Below are positions 1 to 13,578 of a stretch of 50,728 bases of DNA, piece after piece. Position 1 is the stretch's first letter. Each line of letters begins with the position of its first letter. The translations under genes were made by a program, and so were the position numbers. This stretch comes from Kiritimatiellia bacterium (GTDB lineage: Bacteria > Verrucomicrobiota > Kiritimatiellia > SLAD01). The stretch covers positions 1-50,728 of the forward strand of contig SLCI01000004.1 of the NCBI GenBank assembly GCA_007125875.1. Direction: 5' to 3'. The notes under the pieces were generated by a model that ran no database searches, was not told where the DNA came from, and saw nothing but the letters and a program-made list of their open reading frames with translations.

Positions 1-63
1 CAAAAAGTCTGTAGCCTGTTGTACGTGCTTCAGGCCGTAAAGGATAAGAAAGAACAAGCCTGA
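1..63 (+). CDS. rplJ: 50S ribosomal protein L10, 3' end only (gene runs off the left edge)
   Basis: Frame 1 is open from base 1 to TGA 61-63 (..LLYVLQAVKDKKEQA*). It sits directly upstream of rplL, the universal rplJ-rplL pairing. Only 20 codons are visible. Confidence 0.5.
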   Translation, partial: QKVCSLLYVLQAVKDKKEQA

Positions 64-98
64 TCTGGTAAGCAGGCGATATCAGGAGGAGTAAAGTC

Positions 99-530
99 AT
101 GGCAGAAGTAGCAGAGACCGCAGAAGCGGAAAAGAGTGAAGTGAAGTTGGAAGGCAAGATGGCCGAGTTTGTGGATTGGATTGAGACGATTTCCGTTCTT
201 GAGCTTTCCCAGTTGGTTAAAGCTTTGGAAGATCGTCTAGGCGTAAGCGCTGCAGCCCCGATGGCCGTTGCCGCTGGTCCGGCCGCTGGTGGTGGTGCTG
301 AAGCCGCTGCTGAAGAGCAGACCGAGTTCACGGTTGTGTTGGCCGATGCCGGTGGTCAGAAGATCCAGGTGATCAAAGAGATCCGTGGTCTGACGCAACT
401 TGGTTTGAAAGAAGCCAAAGATCTGGTCGAATCCGCGCCCAAGCCCATCAAAGAGGGTGTCAGCAAGGAAGAGGCCGAAGAGGTCAAGAAGAAGCTCGAA
501 GGCGCTGGCGCCAAAGTCGAAATCAAGTAA
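99..530 (+). CDS. rplL: 50S ribosomal protein L7/L12
   Basis: 143-aa ORF with AGGAGG 8 nt upstream of ATG 99. Contains [24 protein letters not shown], an Ala/Gly hinge and the C-terminal [40 protein letters not shown]. An alternative ATG at 159 would remove a 20-aa acidic N-terminal extension. Confidence 0.93.
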   Translation: MAEVAETAEAEKSEVKLEGKMAEFVDWIETISVLELSQLVKALEDRLGVSAAAPMAVAAGPAAGGGAEAAAEEQTEFTVVLADAGGQKIQVIKEIRGLTQLGLKEAKDLVESAPKPIKEGVSKEEAEEVKKKLEGAGAKVEIK

Positions 531-625
531 TTCGACGGCGTTTGTTAATGGGCACCACCGGGTGGTGTGCTGCCCTGATGAAGTGATCAAGGATTTAATC
601 CAACTTCCACGAAGTAAGGTGTTGC

Positions 626-3600
626 ATGGCAGAGCGAATTAACTACGGCATACTTCCTCATGTAGTCGACATTCCGAATCTGATCGAAATTCAGACGGAG
701 TCCTACAAGGATTTCCTGCAGGCGGATGTTCCCCCGATGAAGCGAAAGCCCGTCGGGTTGCAGGCGGTCTTTAAGGAGGTATTCCCGATTGAGAGTTACG
801 ACGGCCAGTACACGCTGGACTTCGTGAAGTATGAGATGAAGGAGCCGAAGATGTCGGCGCTAACCTGTATTCAGGAAGCCGAGTCCTTCGCCGCTCCGCT
901 GTATCTCACCTTGCGCTTGCGCGATGGGGAAGAGGTGCGTGAGGAAGAAGTATACCTGGGCGAGATTCCGCTGATGACGCCAGAGGGGTCGTTCGTTGTG
1001 AACGGCGCCGAACGTGTAGTCGTCAGTCAGTTGCATCGTTCGCCGGGTATCTGCTACGAGCAATCGATTCATGCAAATGGATCGGTCTTGTATTCTTTCC
1101 GTATCATTCCAGATCGCGGGTCGTGGGTTGAAGTCCAGTTCGATACCTCAGATCTCATCTACATGTACCTCGACCGTCAACGTCGACGCCGCAAGTTCTT
1201 GGCGTCCACGTTGCTGCGTGCGCTGGGTTACAGCACCGATGACGAGCTAATCGATCTGTATTATCACTTCGAGACCTTGAGCTTGAAGGATAACCTGACT
1301 GACGAGCAGATCGACTTCCGAGTGACCCGAGCTGACGTCATTGATGCCGATTCACAGTCGATTCTGGCGCGTAAGCACGAGCCGGTAACTCGCGAACTCG
1401 TTAAGCAGATGAAGGCCGCTGGGTTTAAGAGCCTGGACGTCGTGAATGTGTCTTGGGACGAAGGTATCTTCCTCAAGAGCGTGCAGAAAGATACGTCCAG
1501 CTCCACAGAAGAGGCCCTGAAGGATATCTACCAGAAGCTGCGTCCGGGCGATCCGGCCACGGTTTCGAATGCCAAACAGCTGCTGAAACGCACCTTCTTT
1601 GATCCGCGTCGCTATGACCTGGGTCGAGTGGGTCGATACAAGATTCTGCAAAAGCTGGGTCTGGATAAAAACAACGACTCACGCGTGCTGGAAGTCGAAG
1701 ACATTGTGGCCGCGTTCAAATATCTGGTCAGCCTCCGCATTGGTGAAGGTTCGATTGATGATATTGATCACTTGGGTAGTCGCCGTATCCGTACGGTGGG
1801 CGAGTTGCTAGAGAATCAATGCCGCGTGGGCTTGGCGCGTACCGAGCGCTTAGTAAAAGAGCGGATGACGATCTTTGATGCGACCGTCGAGAAATTGACG
1901 CCGCAAAAGCTCATCAATCCGAAGGCTCTGTCCGCGGTCATCAAAGACTTCTTTGGCCGCAGCCAGCTCTGCCAGTTCATGGATCAAACCAATCCGCTTT
2001 CTGAGCTCACCCACAAGCGCCGTTTGAGCGCCTTGGGACCGGGCGGTTTGAGTCGCGAACGTGCCGGCTTCGAAGTGCGCGACGTTCATTCCAGTCACTA
2101 TGGCCGCATTTGCCCGATTGAAACACCGGAAGGCCCGAACATTGGTCTCATCTCCTCCATGAGCACCTATGCGCGCGTCAATGAATTCGGTTTCATCGAA
2201 ACACCTTACCGTCGGGCTGAAAATGGCCGCGTCACCGATGAGGTCCATTACCTCAGCGCGGATGACGAGGAGAAATACGTTATCGCGCAGGCGAACGCCC
2301 CCTTGAAGGACAACGGCGACTTCGTGCGCGACACGGTGCTCGTGCGCTATCGCGGTGATTTCCTCGAAGTACCCAAAGATCGCGTCGATTTCATGGACGT
2401 ATCACCCAAGCAGTTGGTCAGTGTGGCCGCCAGTTTGATTCCGTTCCTTGAGCACGATGACGCCAACCGCGCCTTGATGGGATCAAACATGATGCGTCAA
2501 TCCGTGCCGCTAATGATTTCTGAGCGGCCCTATGTGGCGACGGGCATGGAAGAAAAGGTGGCTCGCGATTCCGGTGTGTTGGTGATTGCGGCAGAGCCCG
2601 GTAAAGTGGCCAAAGTCAGTGCCGACGTCATTATCGTCTCCAAGACTGGTGAGCTGCCGAACAAGAAGACGCCTGCGGACGAATATCGCTCGTACACCTT
2701 GCGCAAGTTTATGCGCTCGAATGCCGGCACCTGTTTCAATCAAAAGCCGCTGGTCAAAGTTGGTCAGAAGATTAAAAAGGGTGACGTCTTGGCCGATGGG
2801 CCAGCCACAGATGAGGGTGAATTGGCGTTGGGCCGGAACGTGCTCGTCGCATTCATGCCTTGGTGCGGATACAACTTTGAGGACGCCATTCTAATCAGCG
2901 AAAAGCTGGTGCGCGAAGACTATTACACCTCGATTCACGTTGAAGAATTCGAGTGTGGTGCCCGTGATACCAAGCTAGGTCCCGAAGAAATCACGCGTGA
3001 TATCCCGAATGTCGGTGATGAGGCGTTGAAGAATCTGGATTCCGGTGGCGTGATTCGCGTCGGCGCAGAAGTGAAGCCGGGCGATATTTTGGTCGGTAAA
3101 ATTACGCCGAAGAGTGAAACCGAGTTGGCGCCGGAAGAGCGTTTGCTGCGCGCCATCTTTGGTGAGAAGGCTGCCGATGTGCGCGATACCTCTTTGACCG
3201 TGCCGAGTGGTGTTGACGGTATTGTGATGGACGTCAAAGTCTCGTCCAAAAATCCGATTCAGCGCAATTCGATGTCGGCGAATGAGAAGCGCAAGCAGGT
3301 CAAGCAGTTGACGGATGACTACAAGACCCGCAAACAGCAGCTGCACGATGATTTAACGGAAGCCATGAGCAACATCCTGTTGGGCGAAAAAATACCCTTG
3401 GATGTGGTCGATGTGGAAACCGGCGAGATCATCATTCCGGCCAACCGCAAGATCACGAAGACGTTGCTGCGTAAGTTGGCGGCGGCGCATGATCACATCG
3501 AAATTGATCCCAGCCCGATTCAAATCAAGATCACTGGTATTATCAACGAGTTCAGCGCCAAGTTTGCTGAGCTGGAAGATGAGAACGAGCGTTCAATGGA

Positions 3601-4372
3601 GCGACTCGAGACCGGCGATGAGATCGATCAGGGCATCATCAAGCAGGTCAAGGTCTACGTCGCCAGCAAGCGTAAGTTGGCGGTGGGCGACAAGATGGCC
3701 GGTCGGCACGGTAACAAGGGCGTCATCGCCCGTATCATGCCAGAAGCCGACATGCCCTTCCTGCCGGACGGAACGCCGGTCGAAATCGTCTTGAATCCAT
3801 TGGGCGTGCCGTCCCGTATGAATGTGGGACAGGTGTTGGAAACCCATTTGGGTTGGGCGTGCGAGCATCTTGGTATTCACGCGGCGACCCCGGTGTTTGA
3901 TGGTATTTCCGAACAACGGATCTGGGAAATGATGAAAGAAGCTGGACTGCCGGAGCAGGGTAAGTCCGTGCTGTATGACGGCCGGACCGGTGAGCCGTTT
4001 GACCAGAAAGTCGTGGTCGGTAAAATTTACATGCTGAAGCTGCATCACTTGGTCAGCGATAAGATCCATGCCCGCGCCGTTGGGCCATACTCCCTCGTTA
4101 CCCAGCAACCGCTGGGCGGCAAGGCGCAATATGGCGGTCAGCGATTCGGTGAGATGGAAGTGTGGGCGATGGAAGCGTATGGTGCCGCGTATGCCTTGCA
4201 GGAACTATTGACTGTGAAGAGCGACGACTTACAGGGTCGTACGCAGATTTACGAGTCGATTGTGAAGGGGGAGAATACGCTCGAGGCGGGTGTGCCGGAA
4301 TCCTTTAACGTCTTGTTGAAGGAAATGCAGAGCCTCGTTCTGGACATGCGTATTCACGACGAGGAAGAGTAA
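626..4372 (+). CDS. rpoB: DNA-directed RNA polymerase subunit beta
   Basis: 1248-aa ORF with hallmark beta motifs (GSQLSQFMDQ-like [62 protein letters not shown]). Lies between rplL and rpoC. Confidence 0.99.
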   Translation: MAERINYGILPHVVDIPNLIEIQTESYKDFLQADVPPMKRKPVGLQAVFKEVFPIESYDGQYTLDFVKYEMKEPKMSALTCIQEAESFAAPLYLTLRLRDGEEVREEEVYLGEIPLMTPEGSFVVNGAERVVVSQLHRSPGICYEQSIHANGSVLYSFRIIPDRGSWVEVQFDTSDLIYMYLDRQRRRRKFLASTLLRALGYSTDDELIDLYYHFETLSLKDNLTDEQIDFRVTRADVIDADSQSILARKHEPVTRELVKQMKAAGFKSLDVVNVSWDEGIFLKSVQKDTSSSTEEALKDIYQKLRPGDPATVSNAKQLLKRTFFDPRRYDLGRVGRYKILQKLGLDKNNDSRVLEVEDIVAAFKYLVSLRIGEGSIDDIDHLGSRRIRTVGELLENQCRVGLARTERLVKERMTIFDATVEKLTPQKLINPKALSAVIKDFFGRSQLCQFMDQTNPLSELTHKRRLSALGPGGLSRERAGFEVRDVHSSHYGRICPIETPEGPNIGLISSMSTYARVNEFGFIETPYRRAENGRVTDEVHYLSADDEEKYVIAQANAPLKDNGDFVRDTVLVRYRGDFLEVPKDRVDFMDVSPKQLVSVAASLIPFLEHDDANRALMGSNMMRQSVPLMISERPYVATGMEEKVARDSGVLVIAAEPGKVAKVSADVIIVSKTGELPNKKTPADEYRSYTLRKFMRSNAGTCFNQKPLVKVGQKIKKGDVLADGPATDEGELALGRNVLVAFMPWCGYNFEDAILISEKLVREDYYTSIHVEEFECGARDTKLGPEEITRDIPNVGDEALKNLDSGGVIRVGAEVKPGDILVGKITPKSETELAPEERLLRAIFGEKAADVRDTSLTVPSGVDGIVMDVKVSSKNPIQRNSMSANEKRKQVKQLTDDYKTRKQQLHDDLTEAMSNILLGEKIPLDVVDVETGEIIIPANRKITKTLLRKLAAAHDHIEIDPSPIQIKITGIINEFSAKFAELEDENERSMERLETGDEIDQGIIKQVKVYVASKRKLAVGDKMAGRHGNKGVIARIMPEADMPFLPDGTPVEIVLNPLGVPSRMNVGQVLETHLGWACEHLGIHAATPVFDGISEQRIWEMMKEAGLPEQGKSVLYDGRTGEPFDQKVVVGKIYMLKLHHLVSDKIHARAVGPYSLVTQQPLGGKAQYGGQRFGEMEVWAMEAYGAAYALQELLTVKSDDLQGRTQIYESIVKGENTLEAGVPESFNVLLKEMQSLVLDMRIHDEEE

Positions 4373-4408
4373 AGCGGACGAAGATCAGTAGCGATTACGA
4401 TTGATTGA

Positions 4409-7400
4409 ATGGAGGGTATCCCATTGGAACATAGCGATGCGGCAAATATTTTAGGCGTAGAATCGAAAACAGGATCTGATTTCGCGAGTATTACTTTGGC
4501 GGCGCCCGAGACGGTGCGGTCTTGGTCTTTCGGGGAAGTCAAGAATCCCGAAACGATCAACTACCGTACATTTAAGCCGGAAAAGGGTGGTCTGTTTTGT
4601 GAGCGAATTTTTGGTCCGACCAAAGATTGGGAATGTGCCTGCGGTAAGTACAAGCGGATTAAACACAAAGGTGTGATCTGTGATCGTTGCGGTGTCGAGG
4701 TGACACTGGCACGCGTGCGCCGTGAGCGTATGGGCCATATCGAGCTGGCTGTGCCGGTCTCGCACATCTGGTTTTTCAAGTGCACGCCCAGCCGCATGGG
4801 GTTGGTATTGGACATGACCGCTCGTGCGTTGGAGCGCGTGTTGTACTACGAAGATTATATCGTGGTCGATCCGGGCGATACCCCGCTGCAAAAGAAACAA
4901 CTTTTGAGCGAATTGGAATATCGCGAAGCGCAAGACAAGTTCGGTGATGCGTTTGTTGCCAAGATGGGCGCGGAAGGTGTTGCCGACCTGATGAAGGAAA
5001 TCGATCTCGAACGTGAATTGATCGAGATCGAAACCGAAATGGAAGGTACGCGCAGCAAGCAGACCAAGACCAAGCTGACCAAGCGTATCAAGGTTATAGA
5101 GGGTTTTCGAACCAGCAAGACGCGTCCCGAATGGATGATCTTGGAAGTATTGCCCGTAATTCCGCCGGACTTGCGTCCGTTGGTGCCGTTGGAAGGTGGT
5201 CGATTCGCAACTTCGGACTTGAATGACCTATATCGCCGCGTCATCAACCGCAATAACCGTTTGCGCAATCTGCTTTCGCTGAAGACGCCTGACGTCATCA
5301 TTCGTAACGAGAAGCGCATGTTGCAGGAGGCCGTCGACGCTCTGTTTGATAACGGTCGTCATGGGCGTGCGGTTACCGGGGCAGGCAATCGTCCGCTCAA
5401 GTCGCTGAGCGACATGCTGAAAGGTAAGCAAGGCCGATTCCGCCAGAACTTGTTGGGTAAGCGCGTCGATTATTCCGGCCGTTCCGTGATCGTGATCGGG
5501 CCGGACCTCGAAATGCATCAGTGCGGCTTGCCGAAGAAGATGGCGCTTGTCCTGTTTGAACCGTTCATCATTCGCCGCTTGAAAGAGTTGGGCGTGGTGC
5601 ACACAGTCCGTAGCGCCAAGAAGATGATTGAGCGCGAGGCGGACGAGGTCTGGGACATTCTGGAAGAGGTGACTCAGGGCCACACCGTAATGTTGAATCG
5701 TGCGCCGACCTTGCACCGTTTGGGCATTCAGGCGTTCGAGCCGGTTCTGATTGAGGGTGAAGCCATTCGCGTTCATCCGCTGGTTTGTACCGCCTATAAC
5801 GCCGACTTCGACGGCGATCAAATGGCGGTGCACGTGCCGTTGTCTGTTGAGGCGCAAATGGAATCGCGTCTGTTGATGCTTGCGCCCAATAATATTTTCT
5901 CACCATCCAGCGGTCGTCCGATTACGACCCCGTCACAGGATATCGCCCTCGGGGTGTACTACCTCACGACGGATGCGCAGAAGGATCGTATTGCCAGCCG
6001 TAAGCGCAGTGGTAAGGACAAGCCGGAAAACGAATCGTTACCGATCTTAGTTGATCCCGCCGAAGTGCACACCGCCTATATTGAAGGCGAGTTGAAGCTG
6101 CACGATCGTATCCGTTTCAAGAACCCGGATTATGGCCGCGATACCTTGCACGGTAACAAAGATGTCAGCGTGATTACGACGACGGTAGGCCGAGTCATTT
6201 TCAATGAGATTTGGCCGGAACAAATGGGCTTCATCAACATGATTGTTGGCAAGAAGGCCATGGAGCGGCTGATCGAAGAGTGCTACCGCGCTTCGGGCCA
6301 GGACGAGACCGTTAAGATGTTGGACCGACTCAAACAGCTCGGTTTTGAGCACGCGACGCTTGCCGGCATTTCGGTTGGTATCGGTGACATGATTATTCCG
6401 CCCGAGAAGGTTGAAATTACCGATCACGCCCGTCAGACCATCGCTGATGTGGAGGCACAGTATCGCAAGGGTATCATTACGGACGGTGAGCGATACAATA
6501 AGATCATCGATATCTGGACGCATGCGACGGACGAGATTTCCAACGTGATGTACCGCAAGATGGAGTACAACGAGAGTCGGGATCATCTCAACCCGATTTT
6601 CATCATGGTGGATTCCGGTGCCCGTGGTTCTAAACAGCAGATTCGTCAGTTGGCCGGTATGCGCGGTCTGATGGCGCGTCCGTCCGGTGAAATTATTGAA
6701 CGCCCGATTCTCTCCAACTTCCGCGAGGGATTGAGCGTGTTGGAATACTTTATTAGTACGCACGGCGCCCGTAAGGGACTGGCCGACACCGCGTTAAAGA
6801 CGGCCGACTCCGGGTACCTGACGCGTAAACTAGTGGACGTCGCTCAGGACATCATTGTGTACGAGCAAGATTGCCATACCCTCAACGGCATCGAGATCAA
6901 ACCGATCTACGAAGGCGATGAAGAGTTGGTGCCGTTGGCCTCACGTATCGTGGGCCGGACAGCGCTGGACGATATTCGCGATCCGTTGACCAAAGAAGTG
7001 ATTGTTGCTGCGGGACAGGAAATCGATGAAAAAGCGGCAGCGCTGATTGGTAAAGCCGGCTTTGAGTCCCTGCGCATTCGTAGCATTTTGACCTGCGAAA
7101 CACGTCATGGTTGCTGCGCCAAGTGCTACGGCCGTAATCCGGCCACGGGCCAGATCGTGGCCTTGGGTGAGCCTGTGGGTATTATCGCGGCCCAGTCGAT
7201 TGGTGAGCCGGGCACGCAGTTGACGATGCGTACTTTCCACATTGGTGGTACAGCGAGCTCCGTGTTTAAGCAGCCGCAAATCATTTCGAAGCACAACGGT
7301 ATCATCCACCATCACGAGCTGCGCACTGTCGCGGCCTTGGACGGTAGCTTAATTGCGCTGAACAAGAACGGCGTGATCGGTATTTACGATGATGAAGGAC

Positions 7401-8578
7401 GCGAATTGGAACGTCACACGATCGTGATCGGTGCCGTTATCTCTGTCGCAGATGGCGGTCGCGTTAAGAAGGGCGAGAGCTTCTGCAAGTGGGATCCATA
7501 CAACGTGCCGATTTTGGCTGAGCATCGTGGTCTGGTAGAGTTCCATGACTTTATCGAGGGTATTACCGTGCGCCGTGAAATGGACGAGTCGACCGGCCTC
7601 GAAGGTACCGTCGTCATGGAGCACAAAGAGGATCTGCATCCGCAGATCGTGATCAAAGATCCCGAGACCAAAGAAGTTATTCACTATTACTCCATTCCGG
7701 CTGGCGCGCACGTCATGGTGTCGTCCGGTAACGAGGTTCCGGCCGGATCACTGTTGGCCAAGACACCGCGTAAAGTTTCGCGAACGAAAGACATCACCGG
7801 TGGTCTGCCGCGCGTAGCGGAGTTGTTCGAAGCGCGTCGTCCCAAGGATGCGGCCGAAATCGCCAAGATTGATGGTGTCGTGGAATTCGGTGGCATTGCA
7901 CGCGGTAAGCGGCGCATTTTGGTGCGCGATACAGCCACCAACGAGGAAGAAGAGCATTTGGTGCCGATGGGACGACACATCGTCGTGTTCCAAGGCGACC
8001 ATGTGAAGAAAGGGCAGCAGTTGACCGAAGGTCCGGTGGTGCCACAGGAAATCCTCGATGTGTGTGGTCCGCAGGAATTGCAGGAGCATTTGGTCAACGA
8101 AGTTCAGCAGGTCTACCGTCTGCAGGGCGTGGAAATTAACGACAAGCACATCGAAATCATTGTGCACCAGATGTTGCGTAAAGTGCGCATCACAGAGCCC
8201 GGCGATACCCGCTTTATCTGGGGTGAGCAGGTTGAGCGTTACCAATTCCAGGAAGAGAATCAGAACGCCATGGCCGAAGGTAAGCGCCCGGCCGAAGCGA
8301 CACCGGTTCTTTTGGGAATTACGAAAGCCGCGTTGGAGACCGAGAGCTTCATTTCGGCGGCCTCGTTCCAAGACACGACCCGCGTATTGACGGACGCCGC
8401 TGCATTAGGTCGGATCGACAAACTGCGCGGATTCAAAGAGAATGTCATCATGGGACACCTAATTCCGGCCGGTACCGGTTTCAATATGTATCGGAACATT
8501 CGATTGGTTCCGATGGCCGAGCCGATTAGTGCGGAAGAGCTGTTGGGCGATACATTCTTGGAGGAGAAAACATCCTAA
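4409..8578 (+). CDS. rpoC: DNA-directed RNA polymerase subunit beta'
   Basis: 1389-aa ORF with the Zn-finger [20 protein letters not shown], the catalytic [12 protein letters not shown] motif, and trigger-loop/bridge-helix regions. Confidence 0.99.
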   Translation: MEGIPLEHSDAANILGVESKTGSDFASITLAAPETVRSWSFGEVKNPETINYRTFKPEKGGLFCERIFGPTKDWECACGKYKRIKHKGVICDRCGVEVTLARVRRERMGHIELAVPVSHIWFFKCTPSRMGLVLDMTARALERVLYYEDYIVVDPGDTPLQKKQLLSELEYREAQDKFGDAFVAKMGAEGVADLMKEIDLERELIEIETEMEGTRSKQTKTKLTKRIKVIEGFRTSKTRPEWMILEVLPVIPPDLRPLVPLEGGRFATSDLNDLYRRVINRNNRLRNLLSLKTPDVIIRNEKRMLQEAVDALFDNGRHGRAVTGAGNRPLKSLSDMLKGKQGRFRQNLLGKRVDYSGRSVIVIGPDLEMHQCGLPKKMALVLFEPFIIRRLKELGVVHTVRSAKKMIEREADEVWDILEEVTQGHTVMLNRAPTLHRLGIQAFEPVLIEGEAIRVHPLVCTAYNADFDGDQMAVHVPLSVEAQMESRLLMLAPNNIFSPSSGRPITTPSQDIALGVYYLTTDAQKDRIASRKRSGKDKPENESLPILVDPAEVHTAYIEGELKLHDRIRFKNPDYGRDTLHGNKDVSVITTTVGRVIFNEIWPEQMGFINMIVGKKAMERLIEECYRASGQDETVKMLDRLKQLGFEHATLAGISVGIGDMIIPPEKVEITDHARQTIADVEAQYRKGIITDGERYNKIIDIWTHATDEISNVMYRKMEYNESRDHLNPIFIMVDSGARGSKQQIRQLAGMRGLMARPSGEIIERPILSNFREGLSVLEYFISTHGARKGLADTALKTADSGYLTRKLVDVAQDIIVYEQDCHTLNGIEIKPIYEGDEELVPLASRIVGRTALDDIRDPLTKEVIVAAGQEIDEKAAALIGKAGFESLRIRSILTCETRHGCCAKCYGRNPATGQIVALGEPVGIIAAQSIGEPGTQLTMRTFHIGGTASSVFKQPQIISKHNGIIHHHELRTVAALDGSLIALNKNGVIGIYDDEGRELERHTIVIGAVISVADGGRVKKGESFCKWDPYNVPILAEHRGLVEFHDFIEGITVRREMDESTGLEGTVVMEHKEDLHPQIVIKDPETKEVIHYYSIPAGAHVMVSSGNEVPAGSLLAKTPRKVSRTKDITGGLPRVAELFEARRPKDAAEIAKIDGVVEFGGIARGKRRILVRDTATNEEEEHLVPMGRHIVVFQGDHVKKGQQLTEGPVVPQEILDVCGPQELQEHLVNEVQQVYRLQGVEINDKHIEIIVHQMLRKVRITEPGDTRFIWGEQVERYQFQEENQNAMAEGKRPAEATPVLLGITKAALETESFISAASFQDTTRVLTDAAALGRIDKLRGFKENVIMGHLIPAGTGFNMYRNIRLVPMAEPISAEELLGDTFLEEKTS

Positions 8579-8659
8579 GTTGTTAAAAGTGGTTGAACAG
8601 AGCGTGTGCCCTTTGTTAAGGTCTGCGCCCTTCCGAATTGAAAGAAAGAGTAAAAGAGT

Positions 8660-9034
8660 ATGCCGACGATTAATCAACTAGTGAACAAAGGGCGCCGCCC
8701 TTTGCGCAAGAAAAACAAAGCGCCAGCGCTTTCGCGTTGTCCGCAACGGCGTGGTGTGTGCTTGCAGGTCAAAACACAGACCCCCAAGAAGCCGAACTCC
8801 GCGTTGCGTAAAGTCGCTCGTGTGCGATTAACGAATGGTTATGAAGTGACGGCATACATTCCCGGTGAGGGACATAACTTACAGGAGCACAGCATGGTGT
8901 TGGTGCGTGGTGGCCGTGTGAAGGATTTGCCCGGCGTGCGTTATCACATTGTGCGTGGTGCATTGGATAGTCTCGGCGTCGATGGCCGGAAACGGGGACG
9001 CTCAAAATATGGGGCCAAGACGCCGAAGGCGTAA
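8660..9034 (+). CDS. rpsL: 30S ribosomal protein S12
   Basis: 124 aa, [13 protein letters not shown]...[19 protein letters not shown], textbook S12. Confidence 0.99.
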   Translation: MPTINQLVNKGRRPLRKKNKAPALSRCPQRRGVCLQVKTQTPKKPNSALRKVARVRLTNGYEVTAYIPGEGHNLQEHSMVLVRGGRVKDLPGVRYHIVRGALDSLGVDGRKRGRSKYGAKTPKA

Positions 9035-9047
9035 GGAATAGGGTAAC

Positions 9048-9518
9048 ATGGCAAGAAGACGTAGTGCAGTTAAGCGGCCCGTGCAACGTGATGTGCGGTA
9101 TGGCAGCCCATTGATCGGGCGTTTTGTCAGTCACATGATGATTAGTGGCAAGAAGTCCACGGCCCAGAATATTATTTACTCGGCGTTGGACCAGATTCAT
9201 GCGGAAACCAACGAAGAGCCTCTGGCCTATGTTGAACGCGCGTTGGACAATATTCGTCCTCGCCTCGAAGTGAAATCACGTCGTGTTGGCGGTGCGACCT
9301 ATCAGGTGCCCGTTGAAGTGAGTGATGAGCGTCAGCTGTCATTGGCCTTGCGCTGGTTGATTCAGTATTCCCGGGCGCGCAAAGGTGTTCCCATGGGGCA
9401 AGCCTTGGCGATGGAGTTGATGGACGCCTATAAAAATCAGGGTTCGGCTGTCAAGAAGCGCGAAGATACCTTCAAGATGGCGCAGGCAAACCGCGCATTT
9501 GCGCACTACCGGTGGTAA
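9048..9518 (+). CDS. rpsG: 30S ribosomal protein S7
   Basis: 156 aa, [10 protein letters not shown]..., ending [10 protein letters not shown]. Canonical position after rpsL. Confidence 0.99.
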   Translation: MARRRSAVKRPVQRDVRYGSPLIGRFVSHMMISGKKSTAQNIIYSALDQIHAETNEEPLAYVERALDNIRPRLEVKSRRVGGATYQVPVEVSDERQLSLALRWLIQYSRARKGVPMGQALAMELMDAYKNQGSAVKKREDTFKMAQANRAFAHYRW

Positions 9519-9537
9519 GGATCCCATTGAAAAGGCG

Positions 9538-11673
9538 ATGGCAAACACGTTGGAACAAACGAACACCTCTGGTGAGGACCATACCCGCCGCCCGCGCGAA
9601 GCGGATGGTCGCCTACGCCCTTTAAAGCAAATTCGTAACATCGGCATCATGGCCCACATTGATGCCGGTAAAACCACCACCTCCGAGCGCATGCTGTATT
9701 ACAGCGGGCGCGTCCACAAAATCGGTGAAGTCGATGCCGGTACCGCCGTCATGGATTGGATGGAGCAGGAGCAGGAGCGCGGCATCACGATTGTCAGCGC
9801 GGCGACGACCTTCCACTGGAAAGATCACCAGATCAATATCATCGATACCCCAGGGCACGTTGATTTTACGGTCGAAGTCGAGCGCTCGCTGCGCGTTTTG
9901 GATGGCGCAGTAGGCGTTTTTTGCGGCGTGGCCGGTGTGCAGCCGCAATCCGAGACCGTTTGGCGTCAAGCCCGGCGCTATCGCATTCCCTGTCTCGCAT
10001 TCATCAACAAAATGGATCGTAAGGGCGCCAATTTCGATGCCGCCGTTGTCAGTATCCGCGAGAAATTGGCCGTCAACCCGATTCCCGTCCAGCTGCCTTT
10101 GGGCGCTGAGGATCAGTTCCGCGGCGTGATTGATCTCGTCCATATGAAGGCGATCATTTTTAGTGATGCTGAGCAAGGCGCGAAATGGGAAGAAACCGGT
10201 GTCCCCAGCGAAGCACTCGACGCCGCAGAAGCTGCACGTGCCCGTTTGATTGAGGTCGTGGCGGAATCCGATGAAGCCGTGCTTGAAGCCTACATGGAAA
10301 ACGCCGATGTACCCGTGCCGGTACTGAAAGCCGGTTTGCGTCGAGCGGCCTTGGCTCAAGCCTTGGTCCCCGTATTGTGCGGCTCCTCGTTGAAAAACAA
10401 AGGTATTCAGCCGCTGATCGATGCCGTGGTCGACTATTTGCCGTCGCCGATTGATGTTCCGGCGATTATCGGCAAAAAACCTCAGAACGACGAATCGATT
10501 GAGCGACACGCAGACGACTTTGAACCGCTCAGCGCATTGGCTTTCAAAATTGCGCACGATTCCTATGTCGGCCGTCTTTATTTTGTCCGCGTATATTCAG
10601 GCGTTCTGAAAAAGGGCATGAACGTATTCAACCCGCGCACGCGCAAACGCGAGCGCGTCGGTCGAATCGTGCGACTGCATGCCAACGCGCGCGAGGATTG
10701 TGATGCGCTTTTTTCTGGTGAAATCGGTGGCTTAGTCGGATTGAAACAAACCTCGACAGGCGACACGTTATGTGTGGAAAACGATCCGATCGTGCTCGAG
10801 TCGATTGAATTCCCAGAGCCTGTTATTTCGATGTCGATTGAGCCGAAGACACAGGGCGATAAAGTTTCCCTGCAAGAAGCTTTGGCATCCCTCGCTGAAG
10901 AGGATCCCACCTTCCGAATCACGATGAATGAGGATACGGGCCAAACCATTATCAGCGGGATGGGTGAGCTTCACTTGGAAATCATCAAAGACAGAATGTT
11001 CCGTGAATTTAAGGTTCAAGCCAATGCTGGACGGCCTGTTGTGGCCTATCGAGAGAGTATTTTGGCCACTGCTGAAGGAAATTTCACTTTTGAGCGAGAA
11101 ATTGGTGGACATGGGCAGTTTGGTCATGTGATAGTTCGCGTCGCTCCTCGTTCCCGAGGGGATGGAAATCAAGTCACGTTTGAGGTGCCGACAACGGCCA
11201 TCCCGAATGAATTCCGCCAAGCGGTTAAGGATGGTCTGCAAGACGCATTGATCACGGGGATACTTGGTAACTATCCGTTGATCGATGTGGACGTGTGTGT
11301 GATTGGCGGTAGTTTCCATCCGGTGGATTCCACGGAGGTAGCGTTTCGCACAGCGGCTGTAATGGCCCTGCGCGAGGGTGCAAAGGCAGCATCGCCCGCA
11401 TTGCTTGAGCCGGTAATGGACTTGGAAGTCATTACGCCGGATGAGCATTTGGGGGATCTGTTGGGAGACATAAACAGTCGCAGGGGGCAGGTGCATGAAG
11501 TGGTGGCACACGAAGGTGGCCAAATTATTCGTGCTACCGTGCCGCTTGCGGAGTTATTCGGGTACGCCACGGCGATTCGGTCTTTGAGCCGAGGTCGGGC
11601 GAGCTACTCGATGCAGCCAAAATCATTTGAAGTGGTACCGCCAACCATGCATGAGGCGATTTTAAACCGGTAG
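9538..11673 (+). CDS. fusA: Elongation factor G
   Basis: G-domain motifs [17 protein letters not shown] and NKMD, plus EF-G domains II-V. The ORF track starts at TTG 9499, inside rpsG. ATG 9538 (MANTLEQ..), just after the rpsG stop, is the more plausible start (711 aa). Confidence 0.96.
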   Translation: MANTLEQTNTSGEDHTRRPREADGRLRPLKQIRNIGIMAHIDAGKTTTSERMLYYSGRVHKIGEVDAGTAVMDWMEQEQERGITIVSAATTFHWKDHQINIIDTPGHVDFTVEVERSLRVLDGAVGVFCGVAGVQPQSETVWRQARRYRIPCLAFINKMDRKGANFDAAVVSIREKLAVNPIPVQLPLGAEDQFRGVIDLVHMKAIIFSDAEQGAKWEETGVPSEALDAAEAARARLIEVVAESDEAVLEAYMENADVPVPVLKAGLRRAALAQALVPVLCGSSLKNKGIQPLIDAVVDYLPSPIDVPAIIGKKPQNDESIERHADDFEPLSALAFKIAHDSYVGRLYFVRVYSGVLKKGMNVFNPRTRKRERVGRIVRLHANAREDCDALFSGEIGGLVGLKQTSTGDTLCVENDPIVLESIEFPEPVISMSIEPKTQGDKVSLQEALASLAEEDPTFRITMNEDTGQTIISGMGELHLEIIKDRMFREFKVQANAGRPVVAYRESILATAEGNFTFEREIGGHGQFGHVIVRVAPRSRGDGNQVTFEVPTTAIPNEFRQAVKDGLQDALITGILGNYPLIDVDVCVIGGSFHPVDSTEVAFRTAAVMALREGAKAASPALLEPVMDLEVITPDEHLGDLLGDINSRRGQVHEVVAHEGGQIIRATVPLAELFGYATAIRSLSRGRASYSMQPKSFEVVPPTMHEAILNR

Positions 11674-11685
11674 GGAATAGTGCAT

Positions 11686-11994
11686 ATGAATGGACAACGA
11701 ATACGAATTGGGTTGAAAGCGTTCGATCATCGAGTGCTGGATGTATCCACCGCGGACATTGTGGAAACCGCCAAACGCACGGGTGCGCGCGTTGCCGGTC
11801 CTATTCCCATGCCGACCAAAATAGAGCGATACAGTGTGAACCGCAGTCCGCACGTGAATAAAAAGTCCATGGAGCAGTTTGAGATACGCACGCATAAGCG
11901 ACTGCTGGACATCATCAATCCGACTGCCCAAACCGTGGACGAGTTGAAAAAACTCAATCTACCAGCAGGTGTGGACATTACGATTAAGATCTGA
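11686..11994 (+). CDS. rpsJ: 30S ribosomal protein S10
   Basis: [19 protein letters not shown]... matches the S10 N-terminus. ATG 11686 has AGGGA 9 nt upstream; GTG 11680 is an alternative start. It begins 13 nt after the fusA stop, so there is no tuf between them. Confidence 0.96.
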   Translation: MNGQRIRIGLKAFDHRVLDVSTADIVETAKRTGARVAGPIPMPTKIERYSVNRSPHVNKKSMEQFEIRTHKRLLDIINPTAQTVDELKKLNLPAGVDITIKI

Positions 11995-11999
11995 GTGAT

Positions 12000-12641
12000 A
12001 TGAACGAGATAATTGGCAAAAAAGTGGGTATGACCCAGGTCTTCGACGAGAAGGGCCGTCAGTTTAATGTGACGGTGCTGGAAGTCGGGCCCTGTTCGGT
12101 TGTGCAGGTGAAGACGATTGAAAAGGACGGCTACTCTGCTGTCCAGCTCGGCTTTGGTCCGCAGAAAAAGCAGCGCTTGAATAAGCCCGCTTTGGGACAC
12201 TTGGAAAAAGCAGGTGTCGAGCCTTTGCGTGTACTGCGAGAGGTTGAAGTCGGCGAAGGTGAAGAGGTTAAGGCGGGTGATCAAGTGACGGCCGCCCTGT
12301 TCGAAGGCGTCGAGTACGTCGATGTGACCGGAACGTCCAAGGGGCGCGGTTTCCAGGGCGTCGTGAAGCGCTACAATTTTGGTGGCGGTCGCGCTACGCA
12401 CGGTTCGGGTACCCATCGCGGCCCGGGCTCGATCGGTATGAAAGTGAGTCCTGCGCGCGTGTTTAAGGGCAAGAAGATGCCTGGTCATATGGGCAGTGAT
12501 CGTGTGACAACGCAGAATCTGCGCGTGGTACAGGTGCGTCCGGACGATAACGTAATTTTGGTGGAAGGCGCCGTGCCGGGGCCGGCAGGCGGCTTGGTGA
12601 TGGTGCGTAAAGCGATCAAGAAGGCGGCGAAGGCATCATGA
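12000..12641 (+). CDS. rplC: 50S ribosomal protein L3
   Basis: 213 aa, [13 protein letters not shown]...[14 protein letters not shown]; S10-operon order. Confidence 0.98.
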   Translation: MNEIIGKKVGMTQVFDEKGRQFNVTVLEVGPCSVVQVKTIEKDGYSAVQLGFGPQKKQRLNKPALGHLEKAGVEPLRVLREVEVGEGEEVKAGDQVTAALFEGVEYVDVTGTSKGRGFQGVVKRYNFGGGRATHGSGTHRGPGSIGMKVSPARVFKGKKMPGHMGSDRVTTQNLRVVQVRPDDNVILVEGAVPGPAGGLVMVRKAIKKAAKAS

Positions 12642-13282
12642 GTAAAATTCCGGTAAAAAATATGCAGGGCAGTGATGCCGGCGAAGTCGAGATCAGCGAT
12701 GATTTGTTGATTTATGACAAAGGGCATCAGGCGGTTTATGAGGCAGTGGTCGCCTATCAGCAGAATCAGCGCGCGGGTACCGCATCCACGTTGAGCAAAG
12801 GCGAAGTCGCGGGTTCCGGCAGTAAGCCGTGGAAGCAAAAAGGCACCGGTCGTGCGCGTGCAGGCTATCAGCAATCGCCTGTCTGGCGAGGTGGCTCGGT
12901 CGCACTTGGACCGCGTCCACGCGTGTTTGATCGTCGTTTGCCGCGTCGTGTTGCGCGCTTGGCTTTTCAGCGCGCCTTAAGTGACAAGATTTCCGCTGGT
13001 GAAGTGGTCGTCCTTGATGACCTTTCATTGGATGCCCCCAAGACGAAGGAAATGGCGGCCACGCTGAAAGCATTGGGCGCAGAGAAAGGGGCCTTGATTG
13101 TCTGCGAAGAGTCAATCGACAACGTCCGCTTATCCGCCCGAAATATTCCGCGCGTGCATGTCACGACCGCGCACCATGTAAACGTGTATGAGTTGTTGCG
13201 TTACCCGCTCGTGTTGGTCACGCGCAAGGGGCTCGAAGTGTTGGCTGATCGCCTCAAGGCCGCTGCCGGGAGGAAGGGATGA
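12638..13282 (+). CDS. rplD: 50S ribosomal protein L4
   Basis: 214 aa; ATGA overlap with the rplC stop; [14 protein letters not shown] motif. Confidence 0.97.
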   Translation: MSKIPVKNMQGSDAGEVEISDDLLIYDKGHQAVYEAVVAYQQNQRAGTASTLSKGEVAGSGSKPWKQKGTGRARAGYQQSPVWRGGSVALGPRPRVFDRRLPRRVARLAFQRALSDKISAGEVVVLDDLSLDAPKTKEMAATLKALGAEKGALIVCEESIDNVRLSARNIPRVHVTTAHHVNVYELLRYPLVLVTRKGLEVLADRLKAAAGRKG

Positions 13283-13563
13283 AAGAAGCACAGAGTGTTG
13301 TAAAAACGTTGGTGATTACCGAAAAAGGTACCCGTCTCATGGAGGCGGAGAACAAGTACCTGTTTAAGGTGTTCGATGATGCCAACAAAGTGGAAATCAA
13401 ACGGGCAGTGGAAGAACTATTCGGTGTCCAAGTGGAAAAAGTGAATACCCTGCGCCGCAAAGGCAAACGCAAGCGTGAGCGCACCATGCGCTACGGGCGA
13501 ACCGCTGGATTTAAGCGTGCCGTCGTGACGCTCAAAGACGGGGATTCGATAGATTTGACCTGA
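13279..13563 (+). CDS. rplW: 50S ribosomal protein L23
   Basis: 94 aa; ATGA overlap with rplD; TEKGTRLMEAENKYLFKV...KVEIKRAVEELFGV. Confidence 0.97.
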   Translation: MKEAQSVVKTLVITEKGTRLMEAENKYLFKVFDDANKVEIKRAVEELFGVQVEKVNTLRRKGKRKRERTMRYGRTAGFKRAVVTLKDGDSIDLT

Positions 13564-13578
13564 TTGAGGAACTAGACC

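Noticed and set aside
550-576. Hairpin CACCA-ccggg-TGGTG between rplL and rpoB, possibly the classical rplL-rpoB attenuator.
   Set aside because: Only a 5-6 bp core stem with irregular extension and no downstream U tract. That is too weak to call a terminator or attenuator from sequence alone.
457-642. 61-aa + strand ORF spanning the rplL 3' end, the intergenic region and the rpoB start.
   Set aside because: It is an out-of-frame read-through of two real genes, with Ser/Arg/Lys-rich junk composition.
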